In this document: positions 1 through 13,779 of the stretch, in pieces
Layout: every line of letters starts with the position of its first letter
Position numbering within the stretch: position 1 is the stretch's first letter
Assembly: GCF_009834535.1 (NCBI RefSeq)
Contig: NC_045697.1
Coordinates: forward strand, 76,820,001 to 76,884,000
Direction of reading: 5' to 3'
Length of the DNA: 64,000 bases
Source: Camelus ferus
Lineage: Eukaryota
Made by a program: the position numbers and the translations under genes
The notes under the pieces: generated by a model
What the model saw: only the letters and a program-made list of their open reading frames with translations
What the model was told of the DNA's origin: nothing
Databases searched by the model: none

Positions 1-539
1 TTACAAGTTACCAGAGTAAAACAAAATATAAAAATGAACAGTTAGTTAGCAAAAATAGTTCATTAGTATTTTAGTTATAAACAACAAATATGAAGTTGCT
101 AAATTTTTGTTTTCATACCCTGACCAGGCCATATCATAATTTTAACAGACTATGAATATCTATAATGTACTGGCACCCTAAGATTAGTTGTTAAAGTTGT
201 TTTGTCAAATTCTAGAGGGGATTTTTAAAAATCAAATTAAAAAACCAAATTTTTAAGATAACTATATAAATGTTTCTTTCATAAACATGCTTATTTTCTA
301 GCTTTTATACCAAGAACTATTTGATAATTCCAAGTAAAACTTATGAGGCATAAAGTACATGCAGAAAATGTGTTCAATTAATGAGGATAAAACAGTGTGA
401 CTCAGGGAAGGTATAAAAAGAGAAAAAGAACTTCCTGCAGTGGCTAATAGTTTGAGTACATTAACAGTGTGCACATGAGGCCATCTAAAGCCAGCTGGGT
501 GGACTTGTATGGGTACACCAGTTTAAACGTAAAACACAT

Positions 540-1025
540 ATGTGCACAACTTGTTTTATTGTGCTTCGTTTTATTATCCTTCACAGATATTATGTTTTTT
601 ACAAATTGAAAATTTGTGGCAACCTTGTGTCAAGCAAGTCTGTCAGCACCATTTTTCCAACAGCATTTGCCTACTTCATGTCTCTGTCTCACATTTTGGT
701 GATTCTTGCAATATTTCAAACTTTTTCATTATGTTTGCTATGGTGATCTCTGGTCAGTGATTTTGATGTTACTTCTGCAACTCGCTTTTTGAAGGCTCAG
801 ATGATGGTTAGCATTTTTTGGCAATAAAGTATTTTTTAATTAAGGTCTGTACGTTGTTTTCTTTAGACATAATGCTATTGCACACTTAATAGACTACAGT
901 ATAGCATAAATGTAACTTTTATATGCACAGGAAAACCAGCAAGTTTGTGTGACTCTTTTTAATGTGATATTCGATTTACTGCAGTGGTCTGGAACCGAAC
1001 CTGCCGTGTCTCTGAGGTGTGCCTG
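540..1025 (+). mobile_element. Internally deleted Tigger1 DNA transposon (Tigger1a_Art-like MITE)
   Basis: The 5' part resembles the Tigger1 left end (TTTTATTGTGCTTCG...TTTTTTACAAATTGAA...TTTGTGGCAACC). It is fused directly to the Tigger1 right end (...GGTCTGGAACCGAACC...GAGGTGTGCCTG), which is followed by TA. No transposase is present. Confidence 0.9.
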
Positions 1026-1338
1026 TATTTACTTGGGGTAGTAGCCAAAACAGTTAAAAGCCACAGTTTAGAAGAAAATAGGCTAGTTATTCCAGAATAT
1101 ACTTCTCATTAGGAGAGTTCTTAAGCAGCAAGGCATGCCCTTCTGGCAAAGTATGTTTCTATCTTTCCAATGAAATACATTGAGAGCAGGACTCTCATTC
1201 TAGCTACTTCTGTATTTTTCCAATTTTAAATAAAGGGAAATTTCAATAATTGTTATTAAAATATTTTAAATGAGTCAAAGTTACTTATATCAAATTGTGG
1301 TGGTGATTCTAATTCTTGACATTACTTGATCATTAGAG

Positions 1339-1497
1339 GTTTTTTTTTAATTGAAATATAGTTGGTTTACAATGCTTCAGGTGTGGAGCAAAGTGATTCA
1401 GTTATGTATATATATTCTTTTTCAGATTCTTTTCTATCATAGGTTATTACAAGATATTGAATATAGTTCCCCATGCTATACAATAGATCCTTGTTGT
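1339..1497 (-). mobile_element. L1 3'-end fragment (artiodactyl L1 3'UTR type)
   Basis: T-run followed by AATTGAAATATAGTTGGTTTACAATG...GGTTATTACAAGATATTGAATATAGTTCCCCATGCTATACA. Homologous to the L1 tails at 48680-48899 and 56156-56330. Confidence 0.85.
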
Positions 1498-2924
1498 AGG
1501 GTAATTTTTAAATTGGTCGAGTTTCTCCTCCTCATGAAGACAGGGTCAAAATTGCCTTTTAAACCTTCTCCTTCTTTCCAGTTATGTCATTGTTAAGTTC
1601 AGTTCTTGCTTGTGCCAAGCTTAGATGAAGCATTTCATGTTTACCCAAGAATTAATTGATATTTGTAAATTTTATAATTTGGGGGAAATGACCATATTTA
1701 TGAGATAATTGGAGACTCTCACAAGAACATACTGGGAAACTATTGCACTTAAACAGTAAAAGAAAGGGATATTCAAACCGAGGGGGGTGAAACATTTTCT
1801 GGGTTTTGTGTAGATGCTTTGTTTCCAGAAATGGAATTCTAGCATATATGGAGTTGTCTTTATTGCTGTTTTCAATATTTAAATAATAAATATAGTAGAA
1901 TATTCAGTAGAAACTGGTCAAGACTACAAATAGCCAGTGTTGCAGTTCATTGACTTTAATGAGGTCTGATGTTGCACAGTTGTTATTTCTATCATTCTTC
2001 TCCCACACATAAAGTGTTTCATTATTATGGCACTAGAATGTTTTACCCCATGATTCTACAGGGGATTTGTCATGACAGCATTTTAAAAAATTTCTACTTG
2101 CAAAGGAGGGGGCTGCAAGATGTTAGAGAGCAGGGGCTGGGAAATAGGAAAGATGTGTTTTTTTGTGTGAGATTATCTGCTATACAATGAGTGGTTATTA
2201 CATATACAATGTCATATATTAACATGAAAATAAAGTTCAATTCCCAAGCTTGCAAAAAAATTTAAATGAGCTCTCCAGAGTCCATGTTTGTAATGGAATG
2301 TAGAGTGGTAAACAGATCTTTTAAAGATAAAGAAAATTCTTAATCTAGCCCCCCAAAATGACAAGATCAATGGTTGAGTGTAGTTTGTCACATGCTCAAT
2401 AAATTTAAATAATGTTAATTCTTAGTTTATCAGGGATTGAAACAATCTTCCTTTTGGGAAATGGAAAAGAAAGTGGGCTAATGGAAACTGGGAAATGTTT
2501 TCATTAATGGCTTTGCAATGTCGCATGATTTTGCCAAATAATTGATGGATGACTTAAACACAGCAGCAGCACATACACCATTACACACATGTAAACAGCC
2601 CACATGTCTTTAAGCTGATACTAAATTAATTGTTGATGTCTACTACCAAAATTAGTCACCAATAGGAAAAATAACCATAACAGAACTGGCTTAACACTGA
2701 AAATTAGTGATGGAGAATGAATAAACAAAAAGTCAAAATAGGAATAGGAGTACTTCAGAGGGAAAGGGCACATGGGGGTCTAAATCTGATGAAACAAGCA
2801 TGAAGGCACTAAAGCAATTACAACAGGAAAGATAAAATAGGAGGCTGTCCATGGAAGTCAGCAAACCTGATCACATAATGCCATGGGGGAAAAAACACAA
2901 AATACTTGGATATGATAAAAAGGA

Positions 2925-3130
2925 TAATAATGACAGTTAATATTTATGAGTGTTCATCACCCATCTGGCATGGGGTAAGCACTGCCCAAGCATCATTTTA
3001 TTTATTTATACTAATTGTGCTATAGCAATACAGTTTTGGAAGGTGATGTACAAAGAGGTTAAGTGACTTGCTCAACACACCTCGTTAGGTGGTGGGTTAG
3101 GAATTTATAACCAGAGAGTCTGACTCCCAA
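2925..3130 (-). mobile_element. MIR SINE
   Basis: Reverse-strand MIR core AGAGGTTAAGTGACTTGCTCAA and flanking GTCTGACTCC. Confidence 0.75.
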
Positions 3131-3509
3131 ATTGAGAACTCCAAAACTAAAGACTGGCTTGTTTACCAAGCACACTATGGATCATTCTATTTTCTAATAC
3201 AAACCCATAGGGCTGCCATTAAGGAAAATAGGAGCTTTAATAAACTTGGAAAGAAGAGGTTCACGAGCATCTCTGAAAGCCTCTGTTTACAGTTACAGTT
3301 TATAGACTTATTTTTGCCTTCTCATTTTCAGTGTAAAGTAATCATGAGAAATTACTGGCTCAAAGTTGATAAACCTTGATTTTATAAAATTAAAAAGGAA
3401 CTATGCTCTCTCCATACACTGAAAACATTCATGGTTAACCTAGTGGGATGTGACTAGCACATATTTATGTATATGCTCAGTTAATACACTCTTATACAAT
3501 GCATGCTAG

Positions 3510-3606
3510 TTTTTTAAAAAAAATTTATTGATGGTAAGAACACTTAACATGAGATCTACCCTCTTGACAAAGATTTAAGTGTACAACACAGTCTTGTTAA
3601 CTATAG
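3510..3606 (-). mobile_element. Old L1MA-type 3'-end fragment
   Basis: GGTAAGAACACTTAACATGAGATCTACCCTCTT...TTTAAGTGTACAACACAGTCTTGTTAACTATAG resembles the L1MA8-10 3' terminus. Confidence 0.75.
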
Positions 3607-3850
3607 CATGCACACCAGTTCTAATAAGTCGTTCACACATAAATATTTAGAATGAGACAACTAAGAAACATATTGAATCTTTTAGAAATAAGGGATAGTT
3701 TCTATTGTGCTCACTATTACATTCTCAGTACTTGGCACATAATTAAATGTTAGTTAAATGGATGACTATGTGTTTTAAAAGTGGGAATAACTGTTTTACA
3801 GTATTTCTTCTGGTTGAAAAAAACAGCACAGTACAATTTTTAAAACAGCC

Positions 3851-4628
3851 TATAGAAACACAACTGGCCCCAAATGGAGTTGCTTATGCCAAACCCCAGA
3901 TCACCAAACTGAGACATATTATTTTAATATATTTTCATTGTGCAATGTCCCTGATCAATAAGCTTCCATATAAATATGGAAAAAAATATATTTGCCTGAA
4001 AGACAAGGTTTTCCTACTAGTGAAACTGAGCCAGGACCCTATGTGTTCCTTCTGGGTAAAAAAGCCCCTCCATGTTCCCCATCTCTTGTTTATAGAAAAA
4101 GACTTTAGTCTCCTAGGCCTTCCCTGAGTTCCAAAGAACAGACTCAAGTAGTTACTAATTAGGGAAGTAAGGGAATGCAGAAAAAAAGGAAAAGCAAATA
4201 CTTCAGTGATTAAACAGAGTGCTAGTTCCTTCTCAAGGGATATACATAACAATCTAACATATATCTTTGAGCTGTTCTGCAGAAACAAAGACCCTCACTT
4301 AGATGGAGGATGAGACAACATGCAGACTACAAGCACTAGATCCCAGACTGGCTGGAACCAGAATATTGATGATTTAGATTCTTGAACTATCACCCTGATA
4401 CCTCACCACCAACCAATCAGAAGAAAGTGCACAAGCTGCAACTCTCCTCCCAAATGTTGCCCTTAAAAACCTTCCCTGAAATCCACTCAGGAGTCTGGGT
4501 CTTTTGAGCATGAGCTGCCCATTCTCCTTGCTTGGCACCCTGCAATATATGCTATACTGACAACCTGGTGTCAGTAGATTGGCTTTGCTGTGCTGTGGGT
4601 GAGCAGACCCAAGTTTGGTTTGGTAACA
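3851..4628 (+). mobile_element. ERV1-class LTR (solo, possibly composite)
   Basis: LTR-like motifs (CTGGCCCCAAATGGAGTTGCTTATGC, CCAACCAATCAG CCAAT box, CCTTAAAAACC, GAGCATGAGCTGCCCATTCTCCTTGCTTGG) and a terminal ...GGTAACA. No clear target-site duplication (TSD). Confidence 0.75.
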
Positions 4629-6789
4629 CTAAAAAAACCTAGTCCCATTATTACTCAACCCCAAGTCTCCATCCTACATAAGAATCTCCTTTGCCTAATC
4701 CCTGGTCTTTCATCATTCTTATTGTTTCATTATTTAAATTTAATTTCAAGAAGACATAATATAGGGCTATCCTTTTTTCCCTTGTCATGTATTTGGCCCA
4801 TTGTTCGCTAATCTTTTTTCCAACATACCCATGAATTGATTCTGTTGTAATATAAATTTTGCCTTGCAATATTACTATCAGCTTAATAATCATTTTAACA
4901 GAGTTGTTAAAAGTTTCACAATTCTTTAAAAAGTGTGTAATAAAATACATTATTCTTGGTTTCCTAAAGCAATAGGAATGGCATTTCATACTTCATACCA
5001 TACTTAAATGAGGAACAGCTATTTGCCTATATAAGGAAATAATTTGCTCAATGTTATGATGTATTTGAAAGGTCATGCATATGAAAAGTGCTCTACTAAA
5101 TGTCAAATTATCTTGTTAAACTAACTGAGAACAAAAAGCATTGCCAGTTAGGGTAATGGCTGGCCTCCCATAGAAATGCTAATACAGGTGATCTTCACCA
5201 GAAAATCAAGTCCCATTTGGCCATTAAAAAAGATACTTGAAATCTCCCAACCACCCCACAGAGTTTCATTGCCTCCTTCAAAGTAAACACAGTTGTTTCC
5301 TTACAGTTAAATCTCAGATTCATCCTGACAAGCAAATTCCCTGGAATACAAAAACGGTATGGGCAGATTTCTATGAATAAAATGTTTCCCCATATGATTT
5401 CATAATAAATCTGGCACTTTACTGCTGCTATTTCCATCACACGAGAAGCAAACATTTTCCAATGAAACTGTAGAAGGGCCAGTCCAAGACATACGATTTT
5501 AACTTTGGAAGTTGAATTTATTTTCTATGCTGTATATGAGCTAACACAAAGTTTAAAAAATAGAAAGCCTTTTATTTTGGTAGACACACACTCTTAGGTC
5601 CTTAAGTAATAAAGAAAAACATACACCAAAATCTTACTGGCTTCCTATCTGGCATCTTTTCTAATTAAGAAGGGAACCTTGGAGCATGCCAAGGTTTGGA
5701 TGTGCCAGTACATAATATGCCTGAGACCTGACTACAAATGCCAACTATCCTTAAAGGGCTTATGAAAGACCCCAGAAAAAGTAGACCAGGAATCCTGGAA
5801 CTATCAGGGGTAAAAGTTCAAGACTCACAACTTTAGAATATGAGGGACAGGGTAATTTCAAAGTAGAATTTGAGTTCTTTTATTTTGCAACTAGTTCTCC
5901 TAAGAGCTTTTCATAGGACAGAACAGTTTTAAAATATGGCATTTTATTTTGATACCAGGTAACATTAGAGGGAAAGCCTTCAAGGAAAATATTAACTGTA
6001 GTAATACAGAAGGAACCATGATGCTCAGAAATAAAATTGGTAGTATGAAATCTATTTTATGCTCCCTAGTAAAACGCCCTTATTTTTTTAATGTGCCAAT
6101 AAATGGGCTCCTTAGGTGTCTTTCAAAACACAAAAGAAGGTGTCCTGAATAAGACAATTGTACAATATAATTAAAATAAATTTCTTACACAAAGACCTTT
6201 GTGTAAAATCTTCAATAGAATAAATTTTCATTTAGAGTGATTCTCCATATGTATATTTGAATGTGAACAAAAATAAGGAGATTGGGATCTTAATCAGTTT
6301 TGACACTACCTATATTCCATCCACAGGCATATTTCTGAATATGTATGAATTAATCAGGTCATCTATCATTAATCATTCTTCATATTCAGCCTCCTCATTA
6401 CACAATCATTGTTAAGAAATTCTTAAGCTCTACTGGTAAGCTTTGAAGTTAGTTGTTAATATTCAAGGTGAAAAAGGATTCCTATAAATAAAATAAATCT
6501 CTAGATACCTGATTTGAGTTGATTGTTCTCTGAATATTTTTGCTGAAATATAGATGGGCATTTCCAAAACAGTTGCTAACTTTTAAAACATTTTAAGTTA
6601 AAGAATAGGTAAGAATGTCTTACGCTATCAGCACTGTGTATGTATGGTTTCTTCCTGAAAAGATCTCATGAGCTTGTTAAAAATACAAGGCCTAAAACAA
6701 AAACAACTAAAGAACAATGTTAGCCAGTATACAATACAGTGTTACACTGTATATGGCATTGATTATACCGCAGAAGCTCACAGAAGAGA

Positions 6790-7310
6790 ATTGGGAGAAG
6801 CTTCTCAAAGAGATGAAACGTTAGCCTGACTTAAAAGAGTAGTTAAAAAAAGGATAAGGCAGGTGAGAGAGTAAGCCAGGAATAAACAGCCACGTGCACT
6901 GCAGCTAACCATGAGGTCACCTTCATGGAACATGAATCTTTGTTTGAAACAAGGTTGGGTAAGTAAGGTGAGTCTAGGTTATAGAAGAACTCAAAGGACA
7001 GGAGAAGTTAGGAAATTTTCCAATAGATAATAGGAGGCCATTATAAACTGAGTAGTAACTTACTGACACGAAGAAAGTGGTATATATTTTGGGAAGACTA
7101 ACCTGGCAGAAGTTAGCAAAGTCAATTTGGATCTCTCACAAAAGCTGTGACATAAAGTTAAGGAGTACAGTGATGGTAGAGACAAAAATTAGATACTAAA
7201 ATTAATCTGATAAACAGACTTAAGCTTGGAGGCTTAATCAGATGTAGGGGATGAATAGGAGAGGTTGAAAGTAAAAAATGGCTCCAAGGATTTAAGCCTT
7301 ATAGAATAAA
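6790..7310 (-). mobile_element. Degraded L2 LINE fragment
   Basis: Purine-rich stretch with L2-like blocks (GAAGCTTCTCAAAGAGATG, GGGAAGACTAACCTGGCAG, GATGTAGGGGATGA...GGCTCCAAGGATTT). Confidence 0.55.
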
Positions 7311-9689
7311 AAACTGATGGTACTATATATATATATATATTAGTGGGTAGATAAAACAAAATGTTCTTCTGTCATTAACACAATAGTCAGATGTCAGTCT
7401 TGGGCCTTGGAAAAAGTATCAGAATATTGGCATGTTAATATGAGTTAGAGTCTCTGCAAAGTCTTTGTTTCTTCTTTCAAGATGTGATGCACAGATCTTT
7501 ACAATTGAAGGTGCAAACACAAAAACTAGGAAAAGTTTGCTCTTGTATTTGGACACTGATAGTATTCAAGGTGAGTTTCACAGACATAATGAAAAATTCC
7601 ACCCAAGTAAAACAGATAATTACTTGATGATGATATTACAGAATCTATAGCAACAAATTGCAAAACTGAGGCCAAACTTATTAAATAGTGCTATTTGTAT
7701 CTTTCTATTGATTCCTTTTGGAATCTGTGAAATTCTTTTCAATATTTCTATTCACATACAGTGAGTTAATTCAGGATTTCCATCAGTGGACCATTGATCT
7801 GAATCATCCCTGAAATAAAGAGTTAGCAGGACAAGATAGCAGGATTGAGAACCACAGACCTCCTATATCTTGTTGTCATGAAGTTCTGCAGGATCTTAGA
7901 CTTCTAACAAGAAAAGACTGTACCAGAGTACCTTCCAGCAATATGCTTCTATGGGAAACAACAGAAAATAATTCATTTCCTAACAAGTCTCCACAACTGC
8001 TCTCTAGTACCCACAGAAGTAGTAACTCTAGGTGCACCAAAGTAAATAAAAGAATGCCAGTTAAGTCAATTGATTGCACATCAAATAGGTAGGCACGTCA
8101 CTGAGTGGGTATAGTAAGAGCAGCCACTGCCATCCTAATCTGTATCAGAGTGTGGAGGTCCTGTCGCGGGGAGGTGTAAGGCAGAGGGAAAGCCGTGCTG
8201 TATCAACTGCAGTGTAGGCAGGTCAGCCAGACCCCACAATTCTTTGGCCTTTCAGAACTGTGGTAAGAACCAGGCAGTGTTAATGAATGAGAGCAACGTG
8301 GTCTGCTTCTTTCAGGCTCAGCTAACCCCTAGGACTGATGGCTGCAGCTGAGAAATTCCACAGGGATTGAGGAGGGGAAGTGCCCAGGGCATGATGCAGG
8401 CACACAAATCCCTCTGGAGTCCTAACCATTCTGCCTGAGTACACACAATCATGAAGCAGTTGTTTGATCTTGCTACACACCCTGACTCCCTTGCGAAGAA
8501 ATGTTCGGAAGTAAGACCACGCCCATTCGACTGCGACAGAAGTTGTAATAAATCTATAATAAATCAATAGTCAGTCTTTGTTCAACTTTGTCAACTATAA
8601 TCTAATCAGATAAGTTCTACATTTAGGAAGAATGTAGAGAACTGTCTTCTATAGCCACCTAACAGAAACATTTTGTTGCAATGTAAAATACTCATGCAAT
8701 AGCCTAAATAATGCCAAAATGCTTGTAAATACCTTTTTGTGCTTTACAGATGTGTGTGTATGTCTAAAGAATACATTTTTCTCAGTTTTATTCCTTGCTT
8801 TTATTCTATTGGATGAGATAACCAAAAATGTCTAATATTAATTTAGAAGAAATCATACGAAGATTACTGAATAACCTCTATTTTTATTTAAAGACTATCT
8901 TCAGTTTGGTCATTAAGCCTAGATTTTTGAGCCAAGATTGACAAGGCCTTCTTTATGATGATAGATTAAAGTATTCACTGTATGGCAAGGTTTTTCATTT
9001 CACTGCAGCCACCAATGATGAAATGCAATATGGTGAGATTAAAAGTAGTACATAACTACCCTTTTGTAACAGTAATATCTTTGGTGAACCCACACATGCT
9101 ATCAGTCATTTAAATCCAGAACCTCAAGCTGAGCAGAATCCCATCAAAGTCTCTCCATGTCCCACCTGCCCAAGGGTGATACATACATCATTTGAAGCAA
9201 AGCTTAGTGACAGCTGCAGAAATGTACTCAATGAATTTAAAATAGACAGCAATCTAGAATAATAGTGCTGGAATTATCTGAACATTCGTTTTTAAATGAG
9301 TTGTAACACTCCTGATCTGGAGCTGATTTGCATCTGGTATACATCAGCACTACCACACTGGCTATTAGTCAGTTTTGAAGCAATCTTCCTGCCCCCTCAC
9401 CCGGCCCCCTCGCCAAGCACCTCTCCTCGTAATACCCTGGCCATCCTGACCTCTTCCTTGAAGCCCTCTGGATCTCCACACAAAATGGAGGAAAGACCTA
9501 GCCCAGCAGGAGATCTCGCAAACTCTGTTCCAGCACTGAGGCTGCTATCTATTCTGATTCGTTGATGCCTGTACCATACTGCTTGATCGGTATTTTGAAT
9601 AACACCTTGCCCACCTCCATCACCATTATTGCACTTGCTGTGTGGTATCACAATTACTCCTGTACAAATTGCTTCCATCTATTATTCTC

Positions 9690-9790
9690 AGGCACTTGAG
9701 GGCAGGGAATCAGTCTAACTCATTTCTGAGCCCTCATGCCTAGGAGAATGACTCATATTAATAGATGTGTGGTGAGTCTATGAATGAATA
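9690..9790 (+). mobile_element. L2 3' end
   Basis: CTTGAGGGCAGGGA...TGAATGAATA tail. Confidence 0.6.
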
Positions 9791-11225
9791 AGATGCAAAA
9801 ATCAAATTTCATCGTGTCACTTTGAGAATATAACATTCACAGATATATAATTCTCATTCTTACACAGTCTTCGTAATTTCTTTTAGGGATTTTCACAAAG
9901 GCAAAGACATTTGTGCCTTTAAATTTTCTTTGACTTTCACATAGAAAGGCAGCAACGATGAACTAAAAATCCCAAGAGAGAACTCTTTTGAGTTAGTTGT
10001 GCTTTTTATCTTATTCCCGCAACTTTCCAGGAAGTATAATAAGGTTTATAAAAGGTAGCCTGAGTACAAAAATAAAAAAAAAAGTAAAGCCTCTTTTACC
10101 TGATTCAGTATAGAAATCATCTTCAGAACTTGCATTATTCAAATACTCATACTTTTGGAATGTGTACAATTCCTGAGCGACTCCACCTTGCTCCTGGGCC
10201 CCCTCTTCCCTACTTTAATAAGCAGCTCATCATCTAAACATAGTGTAACTCTTTGACTTTTGGGGGGAAAATATTGAAAAAAATTTTTATCTTCACAACA
10301 CTTTAAAATTAGAGTCATATAATTTTTTTTTTTAATGCTTTGGTGCCAGACAGGAACCCAAATTCTGTTTCATCACATTGGGGAACATTTAGGATATCAG
10401 GACACACAGTGGAAAAATCTCTTTACAGAAGAATATATTCTACACTTCCTGGTGAACAATTTTTGTTTTCTTTTCCAGGGAGTAGTTGATGTGCTATGTT
10501 TAGGCCACACATGAAAGTAATATCTCCCTCATGAGACTGATTTTGGCTTATGCTGATTTTTTGAGGCCAAGATTATGGTAATGATTTAAGGGAGAAAGAA
10601 GCAAAACAGAATAGAAGGAGAAGATGGAAGAAGAGGTAAAAAAAATGTCCCAATCGAATTCAACATAATTAAATGACATCTTAGGAAACTGAGAGGAGAG
10701 TCAAATCTCAAATAAAACTGAAGACACTGGGATAGGGTCTTCATCAAGTAAACACTACTCTGTATTCTTTAGCCTGGTGCACCACAGTAATGTCAGAAGA
10801 GTTCAACAATAATCTAAAACCCCAAACTTGTCTTCTAAGTTTAGGTCCTATTCTACGAAATACCCAAGAGTCTACTGGGGCACGTGCCGCTGATTTCGGT
10901 GGCTCCTCCAAGGCCAGCTGTGCATATCTTCAGTAGCTTGGAAGCTGGCCAGTGCAGTAAGCCCCATGCTGGACTTGGGAAACTAATCTGCTCTATTACT
11001 GCTTTTTCAAAGGTGGGAAACCTGCCCTTTTCTTTTATCAATGTCTTCCTAATGACATATTAAAGGCTCCCCAAACTCAACACAGCATTTAGATCATTGT
11101 ATTTGAGTGAAAAGATAAATTCAATGAAGAAATACTGGTAATGGGTAAATAGGATATTTAGTCTAAGGGTCTGGTGCACATGCAACAGATTTATCATTCT
11201 TGACAGCCAGTCTAAAAGGGAACGA

Positions 11226-11304
11226 GGGATGGGGAGGGAGGGAGGGAGAGATGGAAGGAAGGAAGGAAGGAAGGAAGGAAGGAAGGAAGGAAGAAGGAAG
11301 GAAA
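11226..11304 (+). repeat. (GGGA)n/(GGAA)n purine microsatellite
   Basis: Directly visible; about 10 GGAA units preceded by GGGA units. Confidence 0.95.
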
Positions 11305-11883
11305 AGAGAACTTAGTGCAAACCAAAACAAGCATGCTTTTGGGGTTCTATGAAAAGTGAAATCTATCTATGGCTCTATTTTCTGGGGAAAAAGCAAGAGA
11401 ATTGGGGTTGTCTAGGAGATGTGGAAGCTTCTGGCTTCTAAGCATTTGAAAACTCATTTTATTTATTCACTTATAAAATAGGCATGGTGCTGCTTACCTT
11501 AAACAGTTAAAATTTAAAAGATGCAGTTAAAAAAAATAAAAGCAAGATAGGCAATTTAGAAAAAATTTTAAAGCAAATTAAAAAAACTCTCATTTCCCTA
11601 AGATGATTATTGTTTAGCTTCAGTGTATTTTCATGGCCGTACGTTTGATAGGCTTGTTTTACATACATAACATTTTAAATCTTTATTTCTTAATCTCATA
11701 TAAGAAGCACTTTCCATATTGCATCAGTCCTCAAAATCATTATCTTTAATCATATTTGGTTAAGTAGATGTTTCATTTTAGAGTAAATTACATAATCTTT
11801 GATCCTGTTAAACATTTTGGTTGCCCACACATTTTAACTGCTATTAACAATGCATCATGATGAACATCTTTGTGCATATGATT

Positions 11884-12226
11884 TGTGATGGTCTGAATGT
11901 TTGCATCCTCCTAAATTTCATACATTGAAATCCTAAGCGGCAAGATGAACGTATTAGGAGGTGGGGCCTTTGGGAGGTGGAGGCTTCATGAATGGGATTA
12001 GGGCCTTTATACAAGAGGCTCCAGAGAGATCCCTTGACCCTTGTACCATGTGAGGACACAGTGAGAAGTCAGTAGTCTGCAGTTAGGGAGAGGGTCTTCA
12101 CCAGAACCCAGCCATGCTGATGCCATGATCTTGGACTTCTAGTCTCCAGAATTGTGAAAAATATATTTCTGTTGTCTATAATCTAATCAATCTATAGTAT
12201 TTTGTTATAGCAGCCTGAATAGACCA
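11884..12226 (+). mobile_element. MaLR solo LTR (MLT1A-type), inserted within old L1ME-like sequence
   Basis: TGTGATGGTCTGAATGTTTG...GGAGGTGGGGCCTTTGGGAGGT...CCATGTGAGGACACAGTGAGAAG...GGACTTCTAGTCTCCAGAATTGTGA...TATTTTGTTATAGCAGCCTGAATAGAC. Confidence 0.9.
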
Positions 12227-13779
12227 GTTGGGTTTTTTCCCCTTAACAGGGATTATTTCCTTGGGACGTAGTCTTAGAAATATGGCTCCTGAGCTAAGGA
12301 AGTCAAAGATCCTTTTTGTAGAAATTGACCAGAACAGTATGATAGTTCAGGTCTTCATATCTGTGCCAGCACTATATAATGCCATTAATTTTGAAATTTC
12401 TAAGTTAATAAAGAAAGATATTACTTCAGTTTAACTCACATTTGTTTCATTACTAACAAGGGTAAACATCTTTTATTTACTAGTTAAATCTCCTCTTTCA
12501 TAAAGTTAGTTTTTGTCTTTTATATGGGTGAATTTTGAGAGAGAGCAAAACAATGAGAGTTCTTTGTGTTATTTTCAAAATCAGTATTTGAGGTTATTAC
12601 TACCACTAAAGTTTTACTTCCAGACTAAAGCATAATCCAGTCATATTACAAGAATCCCAGATTTTGGAACATCACACTTCGTCAATTAGAGGATCAATAA
12701 GAAGTCTATCAAATTTGGTGGTTGATAGTAATTTCACCATTTCCCTCCTGATCCTGAGGTCGATAATATAGACTCACCCACATTCTCAGCTTGCAAAACC
12801 CTCTGAAAGTTTTATGTCTAATTTCTGAAAGCTTCTGATTACTCTGAAATGACAGGCACCATGACCACTACAGATCTCCAACCTCACCAAGATGTCTTAT
12901 TTCTCAATAAAAAATGTTGCAATCTATACTACAGCTGCCAAGCTATTCCTCGCCCAGATGTGCTAAATCAGTTACATAACTCTATAGGGGGCCCACATAA
13001 AACTTTACACTCCTCAGCACCACCCCATTTCAACCCCCAACATGAGCTGCCCTGCTCTGCAAGACAGTATAGAGTTTAATGGTTAATTCCATTCCTCTAT
13101 TGTGGTGTTCTGGCCTGGGGCTGATACCTGCAATCTGGTTTTATCAGGTTGGGGCTTTTCTCTGAGGACAGATTTACCATGAATCACTATGCTTCCAGAT
13201 GGGATCACTCTGTTGTGATACACACAATCTGGTCTATCTCAGAGAACTTCTGATAAATTATGTGTGTGTGTGTCTGGTAGATGGCAGAAGCGGGGGAGTG
13301 GTTTAGGAAGAAAAGAAACCAAGACCTGGGCCTCTTCCCTTAGAATAAACAAACTCCTTACACAGCTTTTAACTCCTGAACATAGTTTCTGCTGCCAATC
13401 TTGTATTAAAATCCTTCTAGGGTTTGGAAATCACTCTACAGAGATAACCTTCATGTGTGCATTGTGAGATGATTAGATCTATCAGACCAAGGAGTCCAAA
13501 GGACAAAACCCATTTCCATTCTTTGGGCTGACTCCTCCACCTGATGTGTATTTATTCAAAAAGAACAACACAACTGCAGTAGATCTTCTTTAGTGAATGT
13601 CCCCTGGAATTTTGGCTTCATAATATAGCATTTCATTGTCTGTTGCTAGATATTTAAGGTGTAGCTCTGCATCACAACAAAATATATGCGTTAGAATATT
13701 GCAGCTTTATCTGTTTTTGTGGTCTACTGATAATCCATGTTCTTCTGTTCATTCTAGCATCAGCTTTATGTGCTTCAAG

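Noticed and set aside
10100..10213. Minus-strand exon-like segment (…ELYTFQKYEYLNNASSEDDFYTES, donor CAG|GTAAAA)
   Set aside because: Acceptors are weak, the long form has stops in all frames, and the peptide is not recognised.
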